Of a DNA stretch of 64,000 nt, positions 15,421 through 25,829 are shown one piece after another. A program made the position numbers and the translations under genes. Within the stretch, counting starts at the first letter, position 1. Each line of letters opens with the position of its first letter. The stretch is from NCBI RefSeq assembly GCF_009914755.1, contig NC_060930.1. One strand, written 5' to 3'. The notes beneath the pieces are model-generated. The model did not search any database. It saw only the letters and a program-made list of their open reading frames with translations, and had not been told where the DNA came from. This DNA comes from the human T2T-CHM13v2.0 reference genome, Homo sapiens.

Positions 15421-15629
15421 TATGTTGGTGTTGGCTACTATTATTATTACTTGGTTTTATATTAAGTGTATGCCACAATTTAAATGTTAAAACAGCTTTA
15501 TGGAAATGGGCTGACTTGTCAAATACAGTGCTAAAAAGCTACTTGCCCCCATGGTAACTTTTCACTAACTAAAAGAAGATTTATTCATTTATTCATACAT
15601 AATTAGAGTCATTATTTCTACTTACTGAT

Positions 15630-15972
15630 ATCTAGATCCAGTTCTCTTCCTTCTGGACACATGGAAGACTAAATTTCCTATTCCTCTTTGGCTGGCTGGG
15701 GCCATGTAAATTGTGAGTGGGAGTGGCAGGAGTCCTGTCTGAACTGGAATATTGAATTGCTAGAGTGAGACCCTCTAGAGCTCTTTTTCCCCTGACTCTG
15801 TGATCATGGAAGCATGTATTGAGTCTCTGTCAGCGTGGGTCCCTGAGTAACTACAATGAACAAAGACCCTACCAATTCTTACTGAATTTGTTGTATGAGT
15901 GAGAAATATGGCACTAAGATTTTTAGAGTGGTCTATAACTACAGTATAACCTAGCCTATTCTGACTGATATA
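15630..15972 (+). mobile_element. MaLR LTR (old MLT1, J/I-like)
   Basis: CTGGGGCCATGT..TGGGTCCCTGAGTAACTA..AGTATAACCTAGCCTATTCTGACTGATATA. Confidence 0.75.
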
Positions 15973-17013
15973 GTAACATCTGCAGGCTATTACTTTCTTA
16001 ATCAATCCATAGGAGAGAAAACCTTGATAGGATTCTTTGGTCTTAACTATTTTTCTGTTGACTATCCTCATATTTGACCAGAGTTAATCTGAAGAGTTTA
16101 ATAAAAGGCTGGAGAAAGTCAAAGTCTACCAGGAAGGGAAGTGACCAACCAACCAGTGGTATCAAGTTAATGTAAGATGTGTCAGTCTGAAAGAGAGTTA
16201 GTGTAATCCAGTGAAGTCTCCTCCAAGTCAGACTGTCTAGTATTATCATTTTATTATTCTGTAGTATTACACATTCAAAGAATATGGGAGATTCTATCTG
16301 TTTATGAAACACATTCCTAAAATAGACTTGTTAAAAAAATATTCTTTTTGGGTTATCTGTATCATCACAGTTTTTTCATTAAATACAGACATGAACTGAA
16401 AAAGAAAAATGTCTAAATGACTATATATTGAAAGAAAAAATGTCATCATCAGATCTTAAAAATGAGAATGTGGAATTTACAATTCCAGAAGACATTTGTA
16501 TTGATACTGTTACCATATAATCTGGCAAGATGAGTATGGTGGGAAGGACAAAAGGCCACATGCTTATCTCTTGGCTAATATAAAGTTATTGAGAGGCTAA
16601 ATATAGAATATCATGCCAAGTACTGCTGAAAAGGAAAAGAAATTAGAAAACTCATTTCTAGAAGCACATAATTTAGACGGTAGTTGAAAGAGTATATTAA
16701 ATGTTTGTAATGCAATTTCTATCCCCCTTAGACAGAGGCCTTACTGGTCCTCTGAGGAAAGTTCTCACTGAACCCAAGGGTAAAAGATTAGAGCAAAACA
16801 AAAAGTAAGACACGTGAGTAGTGAGGGCTCCACTCACATGGCTCAGATAACTGCAGACTTGCCACTTTCTAGCAGAAGTATGTGGGCAGCTGAAGACACA
16901 GCACATTCAGTCAGTGTAAACCATCACAAGAGATTGACCACAGAAAGGTAGCCCCTTTAAATGCACCCTGTACTTCTGCCATGTAGCATAGGTAATCATA
17001 ATTAAACAACTAG

Positions 17014-17116
17014 TTTTTTTTTTTTTAAGAGTGAGGTTAAGAGCAGAAGTTTAATAGGCAAAAGAAAGAGAATAGCTCTCTGATGCAGAGAGGGGTCCCG
17101 GAGAAATGGGTTGCCC
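17014..17116 (-). mobile_element. L1-retroposed polyadenylated ERV1 LTR fragment (MER50/MER4-group-like R region)
   Basis: Minus strand GGCAACCCATTTCTCCGGGACCCCTCTCTG..CCTATTAAACTTCTGCTC.., poly(A) 23 nt after ATTAAA; 15-bp TSD TAA(A/T)CAACTAGTTTT. Confidence 0.8.
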
Positions 17117-17178
17117 TAATCAACTAGTTTTATAAGGATTTGTTGAGAGTCTGTCTCTACCAGTGGACTGTGAGGTAG

Positions 17179-17284
17179 CTGTTCACTTTTGTTTCTGTCA
17201 CGTGTTTTCACATTCATTTCACAAGGCATGCCCTGCCCCTTTCTCCCTCTCCCCTTATTTTGGCATGTCCACTCGTATTTCCCA
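17179..17284 (+). repeat. Dispersed direct repeat, copy B (partner 14090-14193)
   Basis: About 90% identical to copy A. Confidence 0.92.
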
Positions 17285-17319
17285 TTGTTTCATGGAACGA
17301 CCCTAGTCACACTGATACT

Positions 17320-17540
17320 TGGCATTTATTGAGTGGTAACTCTATGCCAGGCACTGATATAAATTTTTACATTTATGAGTTCACCTAATCCTGGCAATAA
17401 TTATGAGGCAGGGTCGAGCTTTAGCCATATTTTACAGACAGGGAAATTAAGGCTTAAACAAGTAGCTTACCTAAGGTCATATAGTTGAACTTGAACCCAG
17501 TTTGTTGGACGTCAAAGCCAATGCTCACTATACTACACTA
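17320..17540 (-). mobile_element. MIR
   Basis: GCATTTATTGAG..TATGCCAGGCACT..TTTTACAGACAGGGAAATTAAGGC. Confidence 0.82.
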
Positions 17541-18863
17541 AATAGCTAGGCAGAGCGGGATCAGTCTTTCTAGCACGTACTGCAAAGTCCTAAAGTGAAA
17601 CCCTGCATACAAATCTAGACAAATTAAACCAGGGCAGGCAAAATTCCTGTACACATGGCTAATTAGAAAGTCTGAATGATCCTCAAAACTCCTTGGTTTA
17701 AAAAAAATCAGTACTAATAATTCTTCAGTGCAACATTCATATTTTTCTTCTTTAATGGCATTTCACAGCTCACCAAACAATTGTCATTGCTTAGATTTTT
17801 GCAAAGAGTACTTGACCACAGTATTTGTTGTTTAGCAAGTAAATGAAAATATATCGAGATCTGTAAATGTTGGCTAGTACTGAAAGAAAATGTTGCAGCA
17901 GAGTGAAGACTCAAAAAAATCCTGCTGGTTTGTCAGCATGGAAACATGCATGGCCCATCCATTAGAGATACAGAATTTGGGTCACTGTATATAGCAATTC
18001 GTTACAATTCGGCTGTCAATTTTGGGATCAGAAAAATGAGAAGAGGCTCAAAGGACTTTTCAATCACCTGACGTAACAAGCAACGAACAAAAGACATTGC
18101 AAATAATTCAGCAAAGTCAAAAAGAACCTTAAACATTAGTAATATTTGGAAACTGTGACTGAGTTCATGTAAAGCGCACTGACATCCTTATTCTAGAAGA
18201 AAAACACCAGCAGGAGAAGAAACAAGAGCTCTAACAGTCATCAACAATTTAGCATGTTGCTAAAGAGCAAGAAAGTGGAAAAATTCAAGGATGTTACAGT
18301 ACAGACTCTGTACCATCATACTGAACTTTGACACAAAAGAGCTAATTACTAGACATCTTTTCTCAGCAATTAAGATTACAAAGCAAGAAAAAATATGGAG
18401 CTGCCTGCCTCGGGAAGAAGAAAAAACCCTGTATCTCTTCCTTCTTTTTCCCTATTCACCAGCCTCTTTATTGGAAGAAGGCTGTACAATGTAGTTTATC
18501 ATGTCAGAAAAACATCTCATCTTAACATGATTGATATTTAAGCTTTTCCAGGGTAAAGTTAAAGAAGCTGGTGGGATACAAAAAGTAAATTAAAGTTTTA
18601 GTCATAGGATGAGTGAAGACTGGAGAAAGATACGTGGACATTTGGTCCTCATTCAATAGCTTTAAAACGGATCTCTGGACCTATATTCACATAACTCTCC
18701 AAAAGGCAATTTATGGTTTAAATTCAGCTTGTTCAGTTGCAGCTCTGGTTAACTCCAGAGCTCAAGCCTTGTTACAGTAATCAGGGTGTGTCAAGGGACA
18801 TACGGGAGGAACCAAAGGGATGGAAATGGCAAACTTTGCTTCATCCCCAGCCAAAGCCTCTCT

Positions 18864-18898
18864 TCCGCAACCAAAATTCTCCGCAACCAAAATTCTCC
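18864..18898. repeat. Perfect 16-bp tandem duplication
   Basis: TCCGCAACCAAAATTC x2 plus TCC. Confidence 0.95.
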
Positions 18899-19248
18899 AC
18901 AATAGTGTATCACTTTGTCCCACCTGAAAGTACCTGGAATGAGGGGAAAGCACAGATAACTTCTCTAACCTTACACATGCAAAATCCTTATCAAATGAGG
19001 AAAGGAAAGGTAAAAGAAAGAGAAGGAGAGGGGAGAAAGAATGCAATGTAAGAGGGAAGGTGACGGTGGGAGATAAATATTTTTGTAAGCCAAGGTATAG
19101 AGTAAAATTAAACATGGAAGGAAAAAGGACAAAGACAGTATTCTAGCTTATTATATTCCATTCTTAAATTTAGTAGCTGACAACTACCAAGCACACTAAA
19201 GGCCAGTTCCTATCCCGCTCTTTTTTTGCTTGCATATCATCCCTCTCT

Positions 19249-19540
19249 TTTTTTGAGACAGTCTCGCTTTGTCTCTGCACTCCAAGCTGGAGTACAGTGG
19301 TGCAATCTTAACTCACTGCAACCTGCACCTCTTGGGTTCATACAATTCTTGTGCTTCAGCCTCCTGAGTAGCTGGGATTACAGCCGTGTGCAACCATGCC
19401 TGGCTAATTTTTGTACTTTTAGTAGAGACGGGGTTTTGCCATGTTGGCCAGGTTGGTTTCCAACTCCTGGCCTCAAGTGATCCGCCTGCCTCGGCCTCCC
19501 AAAGTGCTGGGATTACAGGCATGAGCCACCGCACCCGGCC
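19249..19540 (-). mobile_element. AluS
   Basis: Antisense dimer; TSD-like TTGCTTGCATAT/TTGCTGGCATAT. Confidence 0.93.
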
Positions 19541-19689
19541 CCTTGCTGGCATATAATCTCTTAATAAAGGTTATTCCATTCAGCCCCTTGTCCCCAGAGT
19601 TCTATTATAGTATTTATGAGGACCATATGAGAAAATAATTGATATAACCACATGGCCCATCTGGGTACTATTCAATCACAACTCAGAGA

Positions 19690-20020
19690 CCATGGAGTAA
19701 TAGTGTTTAGTTCTGGGTGCTACACTTTACAAAGGTCATAAAAAAACTGGAATGCACTCAGAGGCAAGTGTTTAGGACAAAGAAAGAACTCAAAACCAAA
19801 ACAAGAGAGGACCTGCATCTGTTCAGCTTACAGAAGAGAGGCCTTCCAACACTTGAAGGGCTCTCATAAAAGAAAAACCTGGTTACTGTTTTTCAAGGGG
19901 GAAGAGCTAAAATCACAGGTAGAAGAGGCAGAGAAATTTCAGCTCGATAAAAGGAAAAAGATTTCTAAGCAGCAAGTCTACTCAAAGAAAGAATAGTCTG
20001 CCTCAAAAGACAGAGTCTCA
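19690..20020 (+). mobile_element. L3/CR1 fragment (continues ~21300-21380 after the L1)
   Basis: AGTTCTGGG..ACACTTTA..AAACTGGAA..CAGAGG..TGTTCAGCTTACAGAAGAGA..TTTCAGCTC..AAGGAAAAGATTTCT. Confidence 0.7.
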
Positions 20021-20024
20021 CCTG

Positions 20025-21290
20025 GAATAGACAAAGCAATCTTGAGCAAAAAGAACAAAGCTGGAGGCATCACACTACCTGACTTCAAAATATACTACAA
20101 AGCTACAGTAACCAAAACAGCACAGTACTGGCATAAAAATAGACACATAGACTAGTGAACAGAATAGAGACCCTAGAAATAAATCCACACATTTACAGCC
20201 AACAAATTTTTGACAAAAGTGGCAAGAATATACAATGGGGAAAGGGCAGTCTCTTAAAAAAAAAAATGATGCTGAGAAAACTAGATATCCACATGCAGAA
20301 GAATGAAATTAGACCCTTATTTCTCACCATATATAAAAATAAACTCAGCTGGATGCAGTGGCTTATGCCTGTAATCACAACACTTTGGGAGGCCAAGGTA
20401 GGAGGATTGCTTGGGCCCAGGAGTTCGAGACCAGTCTGGGCAACGTAGTGAGACCTCATCTCTATTTTTTTAAAAAAGAAAAAAAAAAGATAAAAATCAA
20501 CTCAAAATGGATTGAAGCCTTAGATGTAGAACCTGAAATGATAAAACTACTAGAAGAAAACAGAGGGGGAAAGCTCCATGACATTAGTCTGGGCAATGAT
20601 TTCCTAGGTATGGCCTCAAAAGCATAGCCAACAAAGGTAAATAAATATAGACAAATGGGATTACATAAAACTAAAAAGCTCCTTCTGCACTCCTATGTTC
20701 ATTCCAGCACTATTCATAACAGTCAAGATATGGAATCAACCTAAGTGTCCATCAATGAATGAATGGATTAAAAAATGTGATATAGATAGATACATAAATG
20801 GAATACTATTCAGCCATAAAAAGAAGGAAATCCTGTTATTTGGATAAGTCTGAAGAACATTAAGTTAAATGAAATAAGCCAGGCCAGAAAGACAAATACT
20901 GCAGGATCTCACTCATATGTGGAATCTAAAAAAGTTGATCATATAGAAGTACAGAGTGAAATGGTGATTACCAGAGGCTGCGGTGTTTAGCAGGGAGGAG
21001 AAGATGGGGAAATGCTAGTCAAAGAATACATATTTACAGTTAGACAGAATAAGTTCAAGAGATCTACTGTACAGTACAGTGACTACAGCTAATGACGATT
21101 TACGGCATTCTTGAAAAACGCTGAGAGAGTGGATGTTATGTGTTCTCACTACAAAAATGATAACTATGTGAGGTAATGCATTAGTTAGCTAGATCTACTA
21201 TTCCACTAAGTATAATACTTCAAAACATCATGTTGTACATGATAAATACAAACAATTTTATGGGTCAATTAAAAAGAAAGAAAAAAAAGA
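20025..21290 (+). mobile_element. 5'-truncated L1MA (ORF2 3' part and 3'UTR) with internal deletion
   Basis: AAAGCTGGAGGCATCACACTACCTGACTTCAAAATATACTACAAAGC; ORF 20155 resembles ORF2p (NRIETLEINPHIYSQQIFDK); L1MA-type 3'UTR and A tail. Confidence 0.92.
20347..20490 (+). mobile_element. FLAM / Alu left monomer inside the L1
   Basis: Monomer plus tail; TSD TAAAAATAAACTCA/TAAAAATCAACTCA. Confidence 0.9.
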
Positions 21291-21519
21291 AGATGATGAC
21301 AAAGTCCCAGTTCAGGCAACAGGGAGACAACTACTTAGCAGAGATGCTTAGAGAGAGATTTAAGTACTAACTGAATGTCCAGGATCAGGTTAGTGCTTCT
21401 CTAAGTGTTGTTCAAAGACAAACTGAATTAACCATCGACTTATAAAAAAATGTAAATTTAGCAAATAATAGAAGTTCAGAAAATAATGCAAGTTCCTGAA
21501 TCACTCTCTGGGTTCCGTG

Positions 21520-21610
21520 ACTCAGAAGGGGACAATGCTTGTGAATGTGCATTCTAACAAGGTCTCCAGGTGATTCTAATGTACACTCAAGGTTAATAAC
21601 TAGACTAGTT
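21520..21610. mobile_element. MER5A-like fragment
   Basis: TGCATTCTAACAAG..CCAGGTGATTCTAATGTACAC. Confidence 0.6.
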
Positions 21611-22251
21611 GACCTTTGAAGCTTCATCTATCACTTATCCTCTAATATCACTGGGCTGTCCAAATAGTTTCCCTGCTTTCATCACTTTGTTTGTTGCCTC
21701 TGTGAGAAACTTACCCTCACTCAGGTTTCACTAACCTCTTCTCTATTGAAAGTCTACCCATTCCTTCAAGATGAGCTAAAATGAGTCAGTGATTCTTTTC
21801 TGCTTTTCCAATCACATATGATCCCCGATTACTCTAAACCTCTGTACCACTACTTTGTACCACACCAACGGAACTTGTTACTGCACACTAGAGTTAATAA
21901 TAGTCACCTATCACTATAAATACTTTGAGGGAAGGATCTCTGTCTCATTCCCCATTTTATTCTCATTGCCCAGACACATACTGTGTTATAAACATAACTT
22001 GACAAATACTTGCTCAATGAATAAATGTAGATATTTTGTGCTTACTAAAGTGCAAGTTCTTTGAAGACAAGTGCTCATCTCTATCACTGTAGTCCTAGCA
22101 CAGTGCTTAGACAAGAAGGTCTGATAAACCTTGACTCAAACTAACTTATGAGTAACTGACATTTTCTTTCAGCGTTCTCAGGTAACAAGCAATTTTTACA
22201 AACAGTTGTCTCAGACAGTACCCATTGTTACCTCTTATAACTCCCACTCAC

Positions 22252-22501
22252 CTTAAATACATATCTTAATACTGTTTGAAAATGGCAAACATTGTTGCAG
22301 AAGAGAGGCAAAAGAGTACACTCCTCTTTCTTCTATAGAACAAGGATGATGGTGACCACATATGAAGACGATGATAGTACCCAAGTGCCATGTTTACTAC
22401 TGGTATTTGTTGCCAAGTCTTGATTCATCCTTGATAATTTCTGTTCCATCCACCTCTCTTTTTCATTCCCATCTGACACTGACTGTTCTATGAACTGCAC
22501 T
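22252..22501 (-). ncRNA. Candidate internal exon C (250 nt) of a minus-strand spliced transcript
   Basis: Acceptor ttacttttcag|AGTGCAG; strong donor TAAG|gtgagt; 5' part resembles antisense L2. Confidence 0.5.
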
Positions 22502-22849
22502 CTGAAAAGTAACCATCAAATTTCTAATAATCAAAACCAGTGGTCATTGATCCTTGGGTTTGCAAAGTTTTAGTTCATGTACCTGAAAAATACTGTCTGT
22601 AGTGTACTTGAGGAGAGAAGACTCTGATATATTTTACAATGTGAGCATCTTAAGAACTACAAATTTTTTAAAGTCCTCATTCTTTGAAAACTTTAAAAAG
22701 TCCTCAGCCCTTCCAATGTAGAAGAGCTCTTTTACCTAACGCTTTTAATTGGAACTATTCTACCTGGTTCCATCCTCTACTCCCTGTTCCATTTCTCCAT
22801 TTTATCCTCACAGATAACAATAACAGGAACAACACTTCTACTAATAATA

Positions 22850-23500
22850 ACTATCATTAATTGATGTCACTAAACTATGTATTTTACAAACTGTGGTTAA
22901 TTTTTATAAGACTATCATATTATTCTCCCCATTTTCAAATGAGGATTCCTATGCCCCAAAAAGGTCAAGTAACTCAGTCCCCAAGAGTACACCACTACTA
23001 AGGGATTAATTTGGGATTCCAACCCATATCTATTTAGTTCCAAAGCCAATACAGTATACCACTATACTATGCTGTCTCTTAACAACATTAATAACTTCAA
23101 TTACTATTGCAATCATTTTGAAACTTTGAAATTGCTAAGTTTAACAAAAACCGTGTTTTAGTAAGATAAATCTAGTGATGATGTTCAGGATGGATCAGAA
23201 GGAAATTAACTGGATGTTGGAAAAATCAATTAAAGATGTAATAATTTAGGCCTGAGTCCATAATGCTCTGCATTAGGATGCTGGCAATGAGAATGGAAAA
23301 AAAAAAGATGAATATAAGAGAAATTATGAGAGATGAATGAAAAGAACTTGGCAACTGCTTAAACATATGAAGAGTAGAAAGGAATCAAAGCTGATTTAAA
23401 TTGTAGGTCTATGTGACTAAGAAACAAAAGGGGTGCCATGAAGTGAAATAGGTAAAACAAGGGGAGAAAAATGATAAATTTCTTGTTACTATTATTGAAA
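22850..23500 (-). mobile_element. MIR (~22850-23075) and L2 (~23150-23500) fragments
   Basis: CCCCATTTTCAAATGAGGA..; GAACTTGGCAACTG..GGAATCAAAGCTGA. Confidence 0.65.
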
Positions 23501-25159
23501 GTAAAACAATGATATGACTTAGATGTAGGAAGGTGATCACTTTGTAATACATCTATCTTTAAAATAAGAGTAAAAACACCATTATGCCTTTTCCTTAATG
23601 TGATACGGAAACTGAGGAAAAGGACATCAATTCACATAAAAACACAGATCTCTGACTGGAGTAAATACTCGTGTTTTCCTTGTATGCAATCCCTTTCTCT
23701 TCCTAACTTGTAAGAAGTGCAATGCCTGCAAATTCCAATACCATTCATTCAAAGGAAATAGCTAATAGGTCTCATCTGTTTAGCTAGAAAGCGTATAACA
23801 GATCCTTCATAAGAAGACCACAGACAATAGTTTGAGTGAAAATTTATGCAAAGTAACAGACTAGTAATAGTTTTATACCAGCAGGGCTTCATGTCTCATT
23901 ATTTTATACAGACCACTAATAGAGTTTAGTATTAGAATTTGAAAAGGAACAGAAAATGGAAAGCTCTCCCCGTAGAATTTATTGTCATCTTTCAGCTATT
24001 ATATGGGTTTCATTATGGATTTCTATTCCAAGGCGTTATTCTTTGTTTTATTTTCAAAATGTGGCTCATACTTTTAAAATGGCTTTCTGGGAAACCTCCA
24101 CATTTGCATGAATTCAAATGAAACTCCGTTCTCTGTTGTCATCATTCTGTTCAGCAGCTTGTTACATATTTTATAGGGTTAGGAAGTGATTAACAGTGGA
24201 CTCCTCTACAGCATTCCATAAAACAACAAAATCACCAGTAAGGATCAGCAAAGTAAACATCAGAGTGGTTTTAAGTATTTGGTTTTATCACTTTTAAATG
24301 ACAAGTTTTTTTAAAATGCTATGATATAGTTGAGGGTGTAGCTACAGCAACACCCCCCTGAGGACAGCCTGACAACTGGATAGATTCTGTGTAAAGAATG
24401 CCCCTTAGTTACTTAGCTCTTCAACATTCTCTTATGATCTCAACTGGAACATCAAATGTCCCTCTGCCTATCATCCCAAATGGAGAGAGAAGATGATAAA
24501 GGGAATTAAAATGCTACAACTGCAATAACCGCTATATAAATAAATCAAGCTGCTTTTTGGAAGAAGACATTGGAAAAAGGGATAAGTTTCAAATAGTGGG
24601 CGAATGTTGAAGACACATTCCAAATCCAAACTTGTATATTCTATATATTTAAGAAATAGAGCGATACACACCACACCAGGTCGTGCATCAGCAGGACAAA
24701 AGTGGCTCCTTTTTATTGAGGGAGATAATAGAAAAATAAATGCTAGGAAGTGTTTCAAAGGAGATCAAAAGGTGCAGTGATTAATGACTCTGATGTACTT
24801 CAAAATGAAAATTCTTCAAGCAAGTAGGTTTGGGTTTCAAGTAATTAACCTAACACTTGAACAATGGACTGTTACAAAATATAATGAAGTTAAGTACAAA
24901 ACACTGTCTGATAAATGTTAACTCAATGTTCATGTCCTCTGGCGGACACAGCTATTTTATTGCATATAAGGACAAACTCTTAAAAAACGGGGGAAATATA
25001 TTATTATACACCTTATTAGTTGAATTATTTTTGAGGTTAGAGAGTTTAAAGTTTACATATGGAATGTTGGATCATAAAGCACTGAAAATTGTCCCACTCT
25101 TAAGAAAATTCAAATTTAAAGACATCTTTTCACAGTGGTTTTTAAGAAGCATCATTACC

Positions 25160-25218
25160 ATAATTAAATATTGGCCCTATATTTAATTATCTTAAATATA
25201 GGGCCAATATTTAATTAT
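25160..25218. repeat. Perfect inverted repeat, 27-bp arms, 5-nt spacer
   Basis: ATAATTAAATATTGGCCCTATATTTAA ttatc TTAAATATAGGGCCAATATTTAATTAT. Confidence 0.97.
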
Positions 25219-25246
25219 CTTAAATATAATATAATTAAATATTATA

Positions 25247-25540
25247 TGTGGTGGCTCATGCTTGTAATCCTAGCACTTAGGAGGCCGACACATGAGGCTC
25301 ACTTGAGACTGAGAGTTCAAGACCAGCCTGGGCAACATAGTAAGACCCCATCTCCACAAAAAATTTTAAAAACTAGCTGGGCATGGTGGTGTGTGCCTGT
25401 TGTCCTAGCTACTGGGAGGCTAAGGTGGGAGAATTGCTTGAGCCCAGGGGCTTGAGGCTGCAGTGAGCTATGAATGATCATGCCACTGTATTCCAGCCTA
25501 GAAGACAGAGCAAGACTCTGTCTCTTAAAAAAAAAAAAAA
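25247..25540 (+). mobile_element. AluJ lacking its first ~8 nt
   Basis: Starts TGTGGTGGCTCATGCTTGTAATCC; AluJ features; poly(A). Confidence 0.92.
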
Positions 25541-25829
25541 CACTAAATTTCAGAAATAATCAAGTTCATGATAAAATGAAACCTCACTCATTTAACAAAA
25601 GCTAATATAAATGAGGAGAATTAATACAACATTATCAGCTTAAAGAAAGTCATTGCCATCTGGACTGTGCAAGAGGAACCAACACTTCCTATAACCAGAT
25701 ACCTCTGTTCTGGAAAGAAGAATAAAACTGATTTTTGTTGGCCTTCCAGCACAACAAGCATTATAATGAAACAAACAAAATAAATAAATAAATAAATATT
25801 TACTCAATACCTAAAGAGCACTGTCCATG

